64,000 nt of DNA, taken from positions 1 through 64,000 of the IMG/VR virus record IMGVR_UViG_3300017991_000001. One strand, given 5' to 3'. A program made the position numbers and the translations under genes. A model generated the notes under the pieces. The model was given only the letters and a program-made list of their open reading frames with translations. It did no database searches and was not told where the DNA came from. Positions 17,679 to 30,081 of this stretch are shown in pieces; positions within the stretch are counted from its first letter, which is position 1, and every line of letters begins with the position of its first letter.

Positions 17679-18818
17679 TCACCCCGCAGACCTCCGAGCA
17701 GCTGCTCAACGACATCAGGGCGTTGCTCGACATCCTGAACCTGAACGTGCCGGACGAGGCCGGGCCGCTGATCACCAGCATGAGCGAGCGGATCGACAAG
17801 CACCTGGCCGTGCTGAAGGCCCGGCGCGAGGAGCGTGCGATATCAGAAGAGAAGCAAAGCGAGGCGATGGAGAAGATGAGGGCGCTGCTGCAGCAGGATC
17901 TCGTTTCCAAACAGACGGTCGCGGAGAAGTGGGCTACGCAGGGAACGATCTCGCGGGCCGAGGCCGAAGCCTCCAATATGCAGCCGCCCTCCAACGAGGA
18001 TGATGCCCGGATCGAAGCGCTGGCCGAAGCGTTGAACGAGGCCGGCGTGGACCCGGAGGAGCTCACGGAAGACCCTCTTGAAGACAACACAGCCAAAAAG
18101 GGGATAAGAAGCTTGGGAGACATACGCAGGGCGTTGGGAAGACTGATCACGTGAGCAGTAAACGTTGTGAGCTGTGCGTTGGACAGAGCTGGGTCATGGC
18201 CCTGATCGATGACGGACAGATTCGCATCGACGCCTGCTGGGACTGCAACCCCAACGGGAAGATCGACAGGGTGAAAGCCATGGAGAAGGTCAACATGATG
18301 ATCGACTTGTGGCCCCAGGTTATTGACACGCTGACGACCGCCCAGACGGCCTTCGAGGTGGCCGACATGAACATGGTCGAACCTGAAGTGGGTGAACTTC
18401 GCATCTGCGCGGAGCAGGCCGGCGTGCTTCGGGATCTTTTGAAGAAGATGCGGACGCTCGTACCGTGAGCGAGGACGTGTGCAAGTACTGCCACGGACGC
18501 CAGTGGCTGATCCGAACCATAGCCAGGGGGCAGTTGGTCGTGGAGAACTGCCGCACCTGCAACCCGGGTAGCGCTCCCAGCCTGGCCAAAGCCGTCATAG
18601 ACATCCAGGAGATGAGCCAAATCTGGCCCGACCTGGTCGCCTTCATGAAGGACATCGTGCGGGTGATGGAGATGGCGGACTACTGCCTGAAGCCCGACGT
18701 GGAGTTCACCTTCGACCACCACATCGACAAGGCGCACGCGCTGCTCAAGCGCATACGGATTGCGGACTATCGGACAGATCCAACATCCCGTACATCTGGA
18801 GGTAGCGGGTCGCCTTGA
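17654..18818 (+). CDS. Three small hypothetical ORFs (17654-18154, 18151-18468, 18465-18818); the last two are paralogous Zn-ribbon proteins
   Basis: Overlapping starts/stops; shared CxxCxGxxW...CxxCNP...WP pattern in the last two. Confidence 0.65.
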
Positions 18819-19704
18819 TGAACTTGCGCACCCCGTCGACGTGCTCATCGTAGATCCACGCCGGGAACGGATAGAACCTGCGCAGGGCTTCGGCCACGGG
18901 CAGGCTCTCGTGGCGCTCGAGCACAATGGGGCCGCTGATGCGGTCCAGGCCCCTCATCTGCAGCCTGGGCGGCGTGTAGCAGGGCCCCTGGTGGAAGTAG
19001 GACGCCTGTAGGCGAAGCTCTTCCCCTGAGCGTACGGGTGTGGTTACCCGGATTCCCTTGGAAAACTCTCTCAGGCGGCTCCCTGGCGTGACTACGGCCC
19101 CATTCTCGCGGGGGACGTGCCGGATCGCCTTGTTGAGGCGTTGGACGAAGTCAGCTCGGTGTGGACGGCTGACGGCCGCATCCTCGGTGGTGCACATGTA
19201 GCGGGTGACGCACACCTTCTCACCCAGTCCAAGACCTTTGCGCACACCGCGCAGCTTCGAGCGTGGCTTGACCTCTTCCTCGGAGGAGAGCAGCTGCATG
19301 ATGTCGTCGAAGCGTCTCATCCAGCACCACACGCAAATAGGCTGGCCACAATGGTTTCCGGTCGGGTTGTCGGCGTAGTAGGTCTTGCTCGTCCACTTGC
19401 CACCGGACGGCCTGCAGTTCTGAATAAGCCAAGCCTTGTCGTAGCCTGCCTTTCGGAGAGCGACGGCAAGCTCTATCTGTTCGCGGCCGAGGGCGAACAA
19501 GCGTCTGGCCGTGTGTGCCTGCCAACGCGTACCGTGGTCGCGGTCGCGGCGTGAGAAGCGTTGGAGCTGTCCTTTGTAGTATCGCCAGCCACACTTGTAA
19601 GCTCGACGGAGGAAGGGGTGGTCGGCGAAGAGTTGGTCGAGGGTGGAGAGGAGGTCGGCGTAGCGGGGGTAGATGTCCTTGAGTTCCCAGGCGATGGCGT
19701 CCAA
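18745..19704 (-). CDS. Opposite-strand hypothetical protein with CxxxxCxWC Zn motif (Rep/initiator-like?)
   Basis: AGGAGG RBS before TTG 19704; HCGQPICVWCWMRR; Arg-rich. Confidence 0.55.
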   Translation of the reverse strand: MDAIAWELKDIYPRYADLLSTLDQLFADHPFLRRAYKCGWRYYKGQLQRFSRRDRDHGTRWQAHTARRLFALGREQIELAVALRKAGYDKAWLIQNCRPSGGKWTSKTYYADNPTGNHCGQPICVWCWMRRFDDIMQLLSSEEEVKPRSKLRGVRKGLGLGEKVCVTRYMCTTEDAAVSRPHRADFVQRLNKAIRHVPRENGAVVTPGSRLREFSKGIRVTTPVRSGEELRLQASYFHQGPCYTPPRLQMRGLDRISGPIVLERHESLPVAEALRRFYPFPAWIYDEHVDGVRKFIKATRYLQMYGMLDLSDSPQSVCA

Positions 19705-22492
19705 GGTTTTTCCTCCTGAGGAAAGGGGGCGACGTTGCGCCCTTCCGGTAGGTGTTACTAGCATTATTATAAGACTAGTAATAGCTACCGTACGGAACCC
19801 CGCAAGGGGGTTTCCGCAACTTTTAGAGAAAAAACCTACTGCACCATGGTATGGGACTGAAAAGGGATCGAATCGGTACTGAAACGGAACCTGCGTGCAC
19901 TCGTGATTAACACTGTGGGGTACGCGCCACATAGGAACCTGGACAAGGAGGGTTGATGGCAGGGATCATCGACAAGTTGGTTGTGAAGGCCGAAGAGAAG
20001 AAGTTGCAGGAGAGCATCCTGTCCAAGCGGCAGGAGCGGCGACTCATTTACGCCGCGGAGATGTTGCAGCCGATCGGCGCGGCCTGGTTTGAGCGGCTGC
20101 GGGAAAGGCTGTCACCGCTAAATCCTTACAAGTGCGAGACCATCGAGGGTTTTGCCAGGCGGACTACCCTGGTGCTCGGCAGCATCCGCATCCACGCCCA
20201 GGAAAAGGATGACCCGTTTCCCATATCGTGGGGCGTCCTCTACAACAACGACGAACACGTGCTCAGTATGCACTACTACCACGGCCAGTGGGGCGACACG
20301 CACGACAGGAAGACCTTTCCGATCGAGCTGGCCGTCGTGGACGACGAGCGGTTTCACGCCTTCCTGGACGAGACGTGGGCGTTCATCGAGGCCAACCTGG
20401 AGGAGGCCTGCAAGAGCAAGGGTAACTGGGAGGGCGTGACGACGAAGGTCGGGGCCTACGCCATCTCCTACTGGGACCACTTCAAGTTTGAGCCCAAGGT
20501 CAGCCTGACAGCGGGGCTGGACCTGTGATCGCGATGGCTGCAAGCACCGTGGACCCGGTGGTCGAGCATGAGGTGATCGAGCGTTTGTGGCGTATGGGGC
20601 AGCACGAGCAGTGGGATTACATGCGCTGGATATCCAACCCCAAGTGCGAGAGCGGGGAGGGGGAGTACTGTCTGGACTGCGTCGTTATCCAGTGTTACGT
20701 GAACCGCAACAAGGACCGGAGGCGCAAGCGCAGGCACCGGGAACGGATGACCCGCGTCTGTGGCTACAACGACTACATGGAGATGAACCATACGCCCTAC
20801 TGCGAACGATGCGGCGTGTTGCTCTACTTCTCCCCGACGTCCTGTTGGATCGAGGAGGAGATCCGTTACCTGAAGGAGATAGACACGAAGGACGGATTGG
20901 ACGTCAGGGAGGCCGCGGTCATCCATAACATGATGACCTGCGGCGGCGAATACGACTACAAAAAGGAAAAGTGGTGGCCTCTGCTGGGGCCCGAGCTTGT
21001 CCGTTTACTGGGGGTGTGACACGTGAGCGAAGAGGCCGTCAAGGCCATTTCCGTCGTCGTAGGCATCCTGGCCGGCATACCGCTCGGCTTCTACCTGGCG
21101 ATGCTGCTGGTGTTCAAGGACTGGAACCCCAAGCGGGGTATCGAGCGCTGGATACACGAGGTCGTCCGCGAGGCGATCGAAAAAGTGAACAGGGATCTCA
21201 AGTGAAGGACCCCAAGCACCCGCTGGGCAAGATCCAGCGAGGCGTGCGGCCGGCGCAGGGCGTCAGGCCCAAGCACATCAGCGAGCTGGTCGTACCGGAC
21301 ATGTGGCATGTCGCCATGTACCTCAAGCGAAAGCCAAAGCCCATCAACGAGACGTGGGGCGACCTGGTCCTGGAATGCTGGCACATGTGCCACGACCTGT
21401 ACAACCATGTCAAGGACCACATGATCGACGATGACGCCCAGCTCAACCACGGGCGGAGGAGAAGGGAGAAATGGCAAGAACGGACAAGCTCGGCACGACG
21501 GCGACGACGGTCTACACCGAGGACGACTGGACGGTCGTCCGGTACCACCAGACGGATGTCGTGCGCTTCAGGGAAGGCGGACCGATCATCCTGAACACGG
21601 GCGGTTACCGCACGGTGACCACCAAGCTGCGCATGAACCAGGCGTCCAGCCAGTTCGGGCTGGGCTATCGTGTGTCCCAGAACAACTTCACGTGGTACGT
21701 GGACTTCGAGGACAAGTGCCACGTGTTCGCGGAGGACACGCTGGTGCTGGGCGAGGAAAAGATGCCCACTCAATTCAGCAGGAGGGAAAGGGAGAAACGT
21801 GACCGTAGATGAGATCATGAAGGTCGTGGACAGCGGGTACCCGGACGGCGCCGTTGGGTTGCACTACAAGGCGTTGCGTAAGGGGCACCAGCACGGTTCG
21901 CGACAGGCGGGGGACACGCTGGCGCTGGCGGTGGCCACGGAGTTGAAGGAGACGCAGGACGAGCTGGACAAGGATGCCGACGGTGGCGAGGTGTCCAGCG
22001 GCGAGCGGCTGTACGACGCCATCCAGAAGATGGAGGTGTTCGTGCAGGACATCGAGGGCGTGCTCAGGGCGCTGAGGACGAAGCTGACGGGCACGGGCGA
22101 GGCGATCACCTGCAAGCTGTGCGGCAACGAGGCGCTGTCCAAGACGGCGCACGCCCACCAGGGCGGCCACGTGGGGGAGTGTTGTTGGGACGAGAGGCTT
22201 AAGAACACGGAATGACGAACGTAACGAAACTGCTCGAGGCCCTCCACGCGGAGTGGCCGACGTTAGCCGGCGCCCACCACGGGATCACCATCCGTGACGA
22301 GGCGCTGCAGGGGATGAAGCTCAGGGAGCCGCTGGTGCTGACACTGGCGGTGGGCCCGAACCGTTCGCCGCGGACGTTCTTCATGTCCGACGAGGACCTG
22401 ACCCGTCCGCCGGGCGAGATCATCGAGACCTTCTACATGCTGCTCAAGGACGAGCCGCGCAAGCCCAAGAAACGGGGCAGGAGCAAGAGGAA

Positions 22493-23089
22493 ATGATTGA
22501 TAATCCTGGTGTTCCCATGGAGGTGATACGGGAGCAGAGGGGTCGTTACAGTTCGCGTTGGATGAAGGTGCTGCATGCTGCAGGTTTGCCTCTTTCTATC
22601 ATGTTTGCAGCGGACAAGTTGGGCATACCCAAGCGCACGCTTGTGAGCCGCCTCCGTCGCGGAGACACGGGGGAAGCTTTGCGGCGTCCGCTACAAGACA
22701 GGCCTTGGCACGCTTCGGACGAGCTTGCTGCTATAAAAGACAAGCTTTCCAGTCGTGCCAGGACGAGCACCGCCTTCAAGCGTTCGCAGAGTTATGCTCA
22801 TGTTTTGGAGCAGTTGGGACTACCGCCCAACATTCCTCAAGCTGCCCTGCAGTTGGGGGTTTCCGAGAATACGTTCAAGAAGCGACTGAACAGGTGCCAG
22901 GAGGCGTATGACGCCTCTTGGGCGTTGGAGAGTCTGGAGTTCGTACGGAAGAGGCACGACAACGGCAAATGCGACAAGGACGAGCTGTCCGAGTCAGAGC
23001 GTAAGGCTGTCAGGGCAATGAGGCGGCTTCGCCCGTGCGTGCCCAGGTTGCTGCGGCCGGCGAGGGCGTACAACACGGCGCCTACGTGA
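22493..23089 (+). CDS. HTH DNA-binding protein with two HTH-like repeats
   Basis: AADKLGIPKRTLVSRL and AALQLGVSENTFKKRL; more AT-rich than its neighbours. Confidence 0.65.
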   Translation: MIDNPGVPMEVIREQRGRYSSRWMKVLHAAGLPLSIMFAADKLGIPKRTLVSRLRRGDTGEALRRPLQDRPWHASDELAAIKDKLSSRARTSTAFKRSQSYAHVLEQLGLPPNIPQAALQLGVSENTFKKRLNRCQEAYDASWALESLEFVRKRHDNGKCDKDELSESERKAVRAMRRLRPCVPRLLRPARAYNTAPT

Positions 23090-23116
23090 AGCAGGGCCAA
23101 AAAGAAAAAAGAGATT

Positions 23117-23152
23117 AAAGGCCGGCGAGTTACCGCCGGCCTTTCTTGTTTT
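23117..23152 (+). terminator. Rho-independent terminator
   Basis: AAAGGCCGGCG-AGTTAC-CGCCGGCCTTT followed by a T-rich tail. Confidence 0.8.
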
Positions 23153-23176
23153 CCACCCAAGGATCGCGAGGAAGCC

Positions 23177-23884
23177 ATGCTTGGCGAACTACTGAAGGTG
23201 CTGCAAATGCCCGAGGTCGTGAAGATCACGCTCCAACAGCGCGACGAGACGACGGGCGAGGCGAGTTACTACTCCCTCTCAAAGGACGACCTACCCGAGG
23301 TTGCGGTGGACACGACGATGGACAAGTTCGTGGAGCCGATAAAGCCCGAGGAACTCGGAGCGCCGGAGTGTTCCGCGCCCAACAGCAACGAGGGCAACGG
23401 GGACGGCAAGATCAACTGGGTCGTTCGGGCAGATGGTACGCGGGTTATCCCCCGCGAGGTTCGTAATGACATTATAGCGCGTCGTCTGCAGGGCGAGATG
23501 CCGAGCGAAATCGCGAAGCATTACGGCCTGAGCAGGCGCAAGGTCGGCGACGTGTTGTACAAGGAGGCGCGTCACAACCCTGAGTTGAAAGCCCTCCACG
23601 AAGAGAGCACAAGACGTTTGAAGTTGCGCGGGAAGGCGTCCTCCGACTCTTCCAGCAACCGTTGCGGTCCGCTGAACATCGAATGGATCGTGCTGTCCAA
23701 CGGGAAGAGGGTCTTACCCCCGGCGGCGAAGCTGGACATCGTCGAGCGCCGCATCCGCGGCGAAAAGCCCGGAAAGATCGCCGAACTCTACGGCGTTCAA
23801 GCTTCACGCATTTCACAGCTGCTCTACCACGAGAGCAAGGACAACAAACGGCTCAAGACCGTGTTGAAAGGGAGGGCAAAGTAA
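23177..23884 (+). CDS. Protein with an internally duplicated HTH domain
   Basis: INWVV..DGTRVIP..RRLQGEMPSEIAKHYGLS and IEWIV..NGKRVLP..RRIRGEKPGKIAELYGVQ. Confidence 0.7.
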   Translation: MLGELLKVLQMPEVVKITLQQRDETTGEASYYSLSKDDLPEVAVDTTMDKFVEPIKPEELGAPECSAPNSNEGNGDGKINWVVRADGTRVIPREVRNDIIARRLQGEMPSEIAKHYGLSRRKVGDVLYKEARHNPELKALHEESTRRLKLRGKASSDSSSNRCGPLNIEWIVLSNGKRVLPPAAKLDIVERRIRGEKPGKIAELYGVQASRISQLLYHESKDNKRLKTVLKGRAK

Positions 23885-24946
23885 TGGCTAAGCGCCCCAG
23901 AAAGCTCGTTAATCCGAAAGGGTTTCCGGCGCAGTCGATTTTGCAGTATGCCAAAGGTAGCGCGGTCAAGAAGAAACTGAAGGCTGCGTTGGTGGCACGC
24001 AGGCAGGACATCGTTGACTATTTCCATGCCCGCCGCGCGCGCAATCCCAACCTTAGGGAGATGCATTTCGTTGTTTACGAGGACGCGAAGGGGGTAGGTC
24101 ATTACATGGCGCCTGGTGGTACGGTCTCCAGGAACGCTATTTTGGCCGTTGTGCGTGTTTCCCTCGTGTCTATGCCTCAGGTGATCATACCGGCGCACAC
24201 GCGGACGGTTGTGGAGACAAGGTTTGACATTACGGCTGCAACAATCGCCAATCTGAGGAAGGTGAGGTTCAACGTCTTATGATCGAATACGAGGAGATCC
24301 CGCAGCCGACCATCAAGCGGTGGAAGGTCGACACGAAGAACAAGATGATCTGGGCCGTGGCCAGGAAGGACAAGGCCGTAAGAAAGGCCGAGAAGGACCG
24401 ACGGATAGCGATAGCCAAGCTGAAGGACGAGCTCAAGGAGATCGTGGGCCCGCTGGGCCCGGAGGAGTTCTGGAAGGAGATGGAGCTCTTTCAGAAGCAC
24501 ATCAAGATGTTCCGGGACGAGCTGAAACGGAGCGACTGGTCCGAGGATGCGACCAACGAGTACTTCCGCGACAAGTGCGTGTTGGTGGGCCCGAATTCCG
24601 GTTTCATCGAGGGCGACAACGACAACGCGAACCAGTTCGGTGTCTGCGTGCAGTGCTGCCGGTTCGTGTGGCGGTACGACGAGATGGTCGCGTTGATCTC
24701 GAGCAAGGCGCGCGGGGCGGAGTGGTCCGACGGCTGCGGCCCGGACAGCTTCGGTGACATCTGCGACAGCTTCCTGCTGCGCGGTGAGGAGGCATACAAC
24801 AAGGCCTTGCTGCAAGGCAAGTGGCCGAAGGATGTTTTTGACGGGGAGAACGAGAACTACATCTCCTCGAACCTGGGCAAAGCGATGGACTTCTGGCTGG
24901 CCGTCTGCTGCCGGGACCTTTTAATACACGAACTTGGAGACGATGA

Positions 24947-25393
24947 GTGATGTTCGGTTTACCGGTACCTGAGTATCTTTGCACCAAGATGGACAATCCG
25001 GGGGACGTGCTGCGCGAGCTGCTCGCGAACGCGGAGATTGCCAAGTCCACACCGAAGGCGCTTGTGGGCTACGCGTTCGCCGTTGCCAGGGAGTACCGGA
25101 AGCAACGCGCCGTGTGGGAGAAGGAGAAGGAAGACGAGAGGTTCTTGAAGGTTGCCGTTGAAAGTGGCGCGCTCATGAAGAAGAGGCGCGTGGAGCGGAA
25201 GATGTCGATCGCGGACATGGCGGCTGCCGTGGAGTCCACGTCGATGGCGATTGCCCGGTACGAGAAGGGTAAGGTGATCCCGGCCAGCAAGACGGCGCAG
25301 AGTATCAGGACAAAGCTGCAGTTCAACGGCCTGTGGAGCGAGCTCTACTATCGCGATGAAGATCTTGTCGTGGAAGGAGCGAAACGAAAGTGA
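24947..25393 (+). CDS. XRE-family HTH protein
   Basis: KRRVERKMSIADMAAAVESTSMAIARYEKGKVIP. Confidence 0.75.
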   Translation: MMFGLPVPEYLCTKMDNPGDVLRELLANAEIAKSTPKALVGYAFAVAREYRKQRAVWEKEKEDERFLKVAVESGALMKKRRVERKMSIADMAAAVESTSMAIARYEKGKVIPASKTAQSIRTKLQFNGLWSELYYRDEDLVVEGAKRK

Positions 25394-28300
25394 GCGTACC
25401 CAACCGGACCGACCTTGCGATCGACAAACACGCGGTCAGCGTAACCGCATTCGGCAGGAAGTTTACGGTAAGCACCGTTTGCCCGTCGCTGGACGGCAAG
25501 ACGACCGAAGTGCTCGTGGCCTGCGCGGAGAAGGACGGGAAAAGGGAAAGGTTGGCCACTTCCAACTTGACGGAGGTGTCCCACTTCCTGCAGGCGTACG
25601 GGATACCCAAGCACACGGTCGACGACCTCATCAACGAGGCTCGGGGCATCGAATTCCAGATGCTGGACTTCGCCAACTGCAGCGCGTCACAGATGGTGGC
25701 GCGTTGCACCGACATGCTGGACCACATGGTCAAGCTGGTGACCATCCTGGAGCAACAGCGTTCCCTTATCGATTCGATGGACCTGCCTGAGAGGTGTCGC
25801 AAGAAGGTTGATCAGGACCGGTTGCTGGTGCGCCATGTCAGGAAGGTCTGGAAGATATAGGCGTGCCGCGTACGAGCCCCAAGAGCGTGCCGTGGGAGCT
25901 ATACCAGTGCCCGACCGAGCCTCGCTTCAAGGGCGATGTGCTCGGTTGCGGCTACGACGAGATCGTTGCCAGGGACGACACCAAGCGTTGTGAGTGTCCC
26001 GCCTGCGGGTTGACGTTCGACCCCATCGAGACGCCCGTGTCGGTGCGCAAGATCAAGGAGCCGGAGCTATACGACGTCACCTTGTACCTTACGGTGCGGG
26101 TGAAGCTGAAGGACATCTCGGCGCTCTCGCACATCAAGGCCATCGAGCGCGCGAACAAGGTCTTCGACCCGTGGTCGGACCTGCACCTGGACGTGACCAA
26201 GCCTCACAACCACGCCTCCTACGCCGAGTTTTCGGAGGAGTGGACCGGCGCGCTGGTGGATGAGGCGAAGGAGCGCGACGAGTTCCACCACTCCGACTCG
26301 TTCAGGCCCTCGGACCCATACATGACCGGGGGCACGAACTGGGCGCGGGACTACTACGTCTGCGCCGGCGTCAACTTCGGCCGGAGGGCCAGGGAGAAGA
26401 GGGATCGCGATGGCTAAGTTCAAATTGTGGTGCACGTGGCACTGCGGCACCTGGGTGGAGATCGAGGCGGACTCCTTCGACGAGGCTGTGAACACGGCGG
26501 TGAACGTGAACGACGTGCCGAAGGGGGAGTACATTGACCACACGTTCAGCGTGGACAGGTACGCGTCCCACAGCGGGGGCGAGCAGAAGTCGGTGTGGGA
26601 CGAGGACGCCGAGTACCCGATGAAGGATTGGCGTTACGAGGTGTCCAACGGGGACACCGTGCTGGGTTACCAGGACTGGGTGAAGCATCAACGCGAGGCC
26701 AACAGGGAATGAGCATATATCTGATGTGGACCATCGTGCTCGTGCTGGTCGGATACTGGGGCGCGCATCTGATGGGTTGGGCGTTTGCCCGTGAGATGAT
26801 CAAGGACGAGCTGACGGGCAGGCCGCAGGAGGAAGTCGACAAGGCGATGAAATGCATCTTCGGGCTGTTCGTCAAGAAGATGACGTTCGGGGTGCTCGAG
26901 CTCCCGGACCCGTACGGAGGAGAGGCCGACACCCATGGCGATCTATCTGGATAAGGAAAAGGGTGTCAACCCGCGGCTAACGTCCTGCCGGCGCTGCGGC
27001 GAGGCCGTGGGCGTGGCCCTGATGGGCAACAAGGGCTACAAGGAAATCTGTCAGGCGTGCGGCATGGTCTACTACGGCGGCCGTGACGTGGGCGTGCGCA
27101 GCTGCGTCGCCAAGCGCCTGAACGAGCACGACAAGGAGGTGGCCTGCGGCGGGACCTTATTCAACCGCGAGCCGCTCGAGGACATGGAGAGCATCCCGTG
27201 CGAGCTGTGCGACACGTGTGCGAAGGAGATCGAGGAGCACCGCAAGGTGGTTGAGGAAGGGGGCATCTACTGGCAGTGCAGTGACTGCCGCGCGAGCGGG
27301 GTGATCAAGTCCAACTCGCCCATTTGTGCAGCCGTGCGCAAGCAAACCGGCATTGAACCGCCGGGCCCCGTCGGGGTCGAGTTCCAGAAGGAACCGGTGG
27401 GCGGTTTGTCTTGTCCGGCGTGCGGACCTGATGCGGACGAACTCAAGGAGAGCGATGAGCAAAGCTGACGACGTAGGGAAGAAACCGGCGTTTCCGAAAG
27501 CGGGTGTGTATGAGCGAGAAGGGCTGACGAAGCTGGAGTTCATGGCGCTCGTCCTGACGGCCGCCAAGGCCAGCAGTGAACCCGGGCTGTCCGTGACGTT
27601 CTGCACGAAGATCGGCGCGGAGAGCGCTCGGGACCTGCTGAAGGAGCTGTATCCCGATGAATGATTCCGATGCCGGCACCGAAAAGTTTACGGAGTGGGT
27701 GACGGAACCGGTCCAGGCCGCCGTGGCGTGCCGCTACAGGCCTGACTGCGGAGACCTGGCGTGGTCTTACGACCTGCCCGTGTTGAAGTATCTGAAGCCC
27801 GCCCTGATCGACATCGTCACGGCGGGCGAGCTGTACAAGCCGTTGACGTTCGTCTCGGGCAACCCGTGGCGGGCGCTCAAGCACATGCGGATTCGTTTCG
27901 AGCATCTGCGACATCAACATGAGGACCCGGAGACGGACAGGAAGGAAGACGCGTGGATGCCCTGCGGCATCTTTTCGGCGGAGGGCTTCACGCGGTATTT
28001 GCCGGATGAGCCCAGGTGGCACATGGCCAGGGACGCCGGGTTTGTGGAGTGGACCTGCGAGCAGGACCGCGAGGAACACAGGCACAGGCGCAAGGAGCGG
28101 TACGCCCGTACGCATCAGGTGCGGATTAAGGACGAGTGGGATTTCTACCTGAGCGAAACCGGGAAGTTGCTGATGGGTTCGGGGTATTCCAAGATGTGCT
28201 ACCCGCACGACGGCAGCCGCGGGTTGGTGCTTTGCCAAATGGACCTGGCCAACGGCGATGAGCTGTTGGTCGCGATCTGGGAGTGGTACAACAAATGAGA

Positions 28301-30081
28301 ATACTGAGAGTGGGCAAGCGGGCCACGGCCAACATACTGGCGGCCCTGCGGTTCTGGCAGGAGGAACTGGTGCAGGACTGCGGCGCCTACGCGGCGCGCA
28401 GCCGGTTCCCCGATCACTTCCACGACGTGGAGCCGTACGACAGCGACGAGATCGACCAGCTGTGCGAGGCCATCAACGCGGCCGAAGACAAGCTGACGGC
28501 CTTCGTGGAGATGATCGCCCGCCTGAAGCTGACGCGGGAGATCGAGAACCCGAACCTCGAGAACGACGAGGCCATGAACAGGCTCATCACCGAGGCGCGC
28601 CAGCTGCTCACGGAAGTGAACAGCACGTGAAGGAAAGTTTGTAGTTGTGTATCGGGAAATTCGATATACATTTCACCCGTTGATACCCCTCCAAAGTGGC
28701 GCGGCTTGAAGGGGGTCATTGGGACCCCCTCCGCGCCCGGAGTACCCATGCTCATCTACGGCAAGGCCAGCGGCAACACGACGACGCCGCTCGAGGACCC
28801 GCAGCTCAATCGCGACGCGGAGGGACGGCGGGTCGTGCCGCTTTACCTGATGCTGTTGACGAAGCAGGAGGCGGTACCCTGGTGCGTGCACATGCATCTG
28901 TACAAGTACACGCTCAAGGGAAAAACGGGGGCGTACGAGAAGCTGTTCACGGTGTCCACGCCGGAGAGCGTTGCGCTGGACTTGCACGCTGATCTTGAGA
29001 AGCTGGACGCGCTGACGCTGCCGGACGATATCATCGACAGGAGCAACCTGTTCGCGTGACCTTTGACGAGAAGTGGGAGCGATTGGGCGAGGAGAACCCC
29101 GACGCCAAGCTGGCCGACGGGTTCGAGGACGCGTTCATAGGTGTAGCCAGACGGTTCCACACGTCCCTGGCGCTGTACAGTCGGCGCCAGTGCATCCAGA
29201 TACTCATGGATCGAGACGGTATGACGGAGGAGGAGGCCGAGGAGTTCTTCTCCTTCAACACGCAAGGCGCATGGGTGGGTGAAGACACGCCCGTGTTCGC
29301 GGATTTCTTTGAGGACTTTTATGGGGAAGCGTCAACGCAGTTCGGCAGGCGAGCAAGAGATCACGTGGGACGAAGTACAAAAAGCCATCCGCAAGCTGAA
29401 GCCTGAAGTCATTCTGGCGGCGGCGCGCATCTGCGACGGCCACACCATCTTCAACCAGAAGTGTTTTCTGGATGCCGGCCTCCCGCCGGCGGTCGTGTCG
29501 TTTTACACGGAACGCCAGGAGTCCGACCCGAGCGGGCACCCCAAGGGGCAGATCTTCAGCAACGAGGGTTACCACCTGGCCAGCCTCCGTGGCATCTACG
29601 GTTTGCGACTGATTCAGGGGCTGTGTCGGGCGTTGGGCGTTGAGTACGAAAGCAAACTCGGCCGCGGGTTCCAGGCGCAAGCCTGCATGTACGCGTTGGA
29701 GCAGCATTTCAAGGAGAACAAGGTTGCCGAATGAGCGACACGCCAGGCTCGCTGAGCTTGCAGGTAGTGCCAGGGAGGAATGCTACCGAGGGCTGGACAG
29801 ACAGTGGGATGCCTATAACGAGTATGTACATGTTCTGGCGGAGAAGGTGTTCCTGGAGGTTGTGAAGCCTTTCCTGCGTAGACGGGACTGGACGCTCGTA
29901 ACCGGCATGGGCGAGTGGACCATGCGCAACACCAGCGGCGACATCGTGATGGATCACCCCATCCAGGATGAGGAAGTCCGCCGTGTGATGGAACTGATGG
30001 AGCAAGGCGTGCCGGGGCTGCCTGCCAACGACTTGGGCTCGCTGATGCCAGACTATCCCCCATCGAGAAAGGAAGAGGGAA

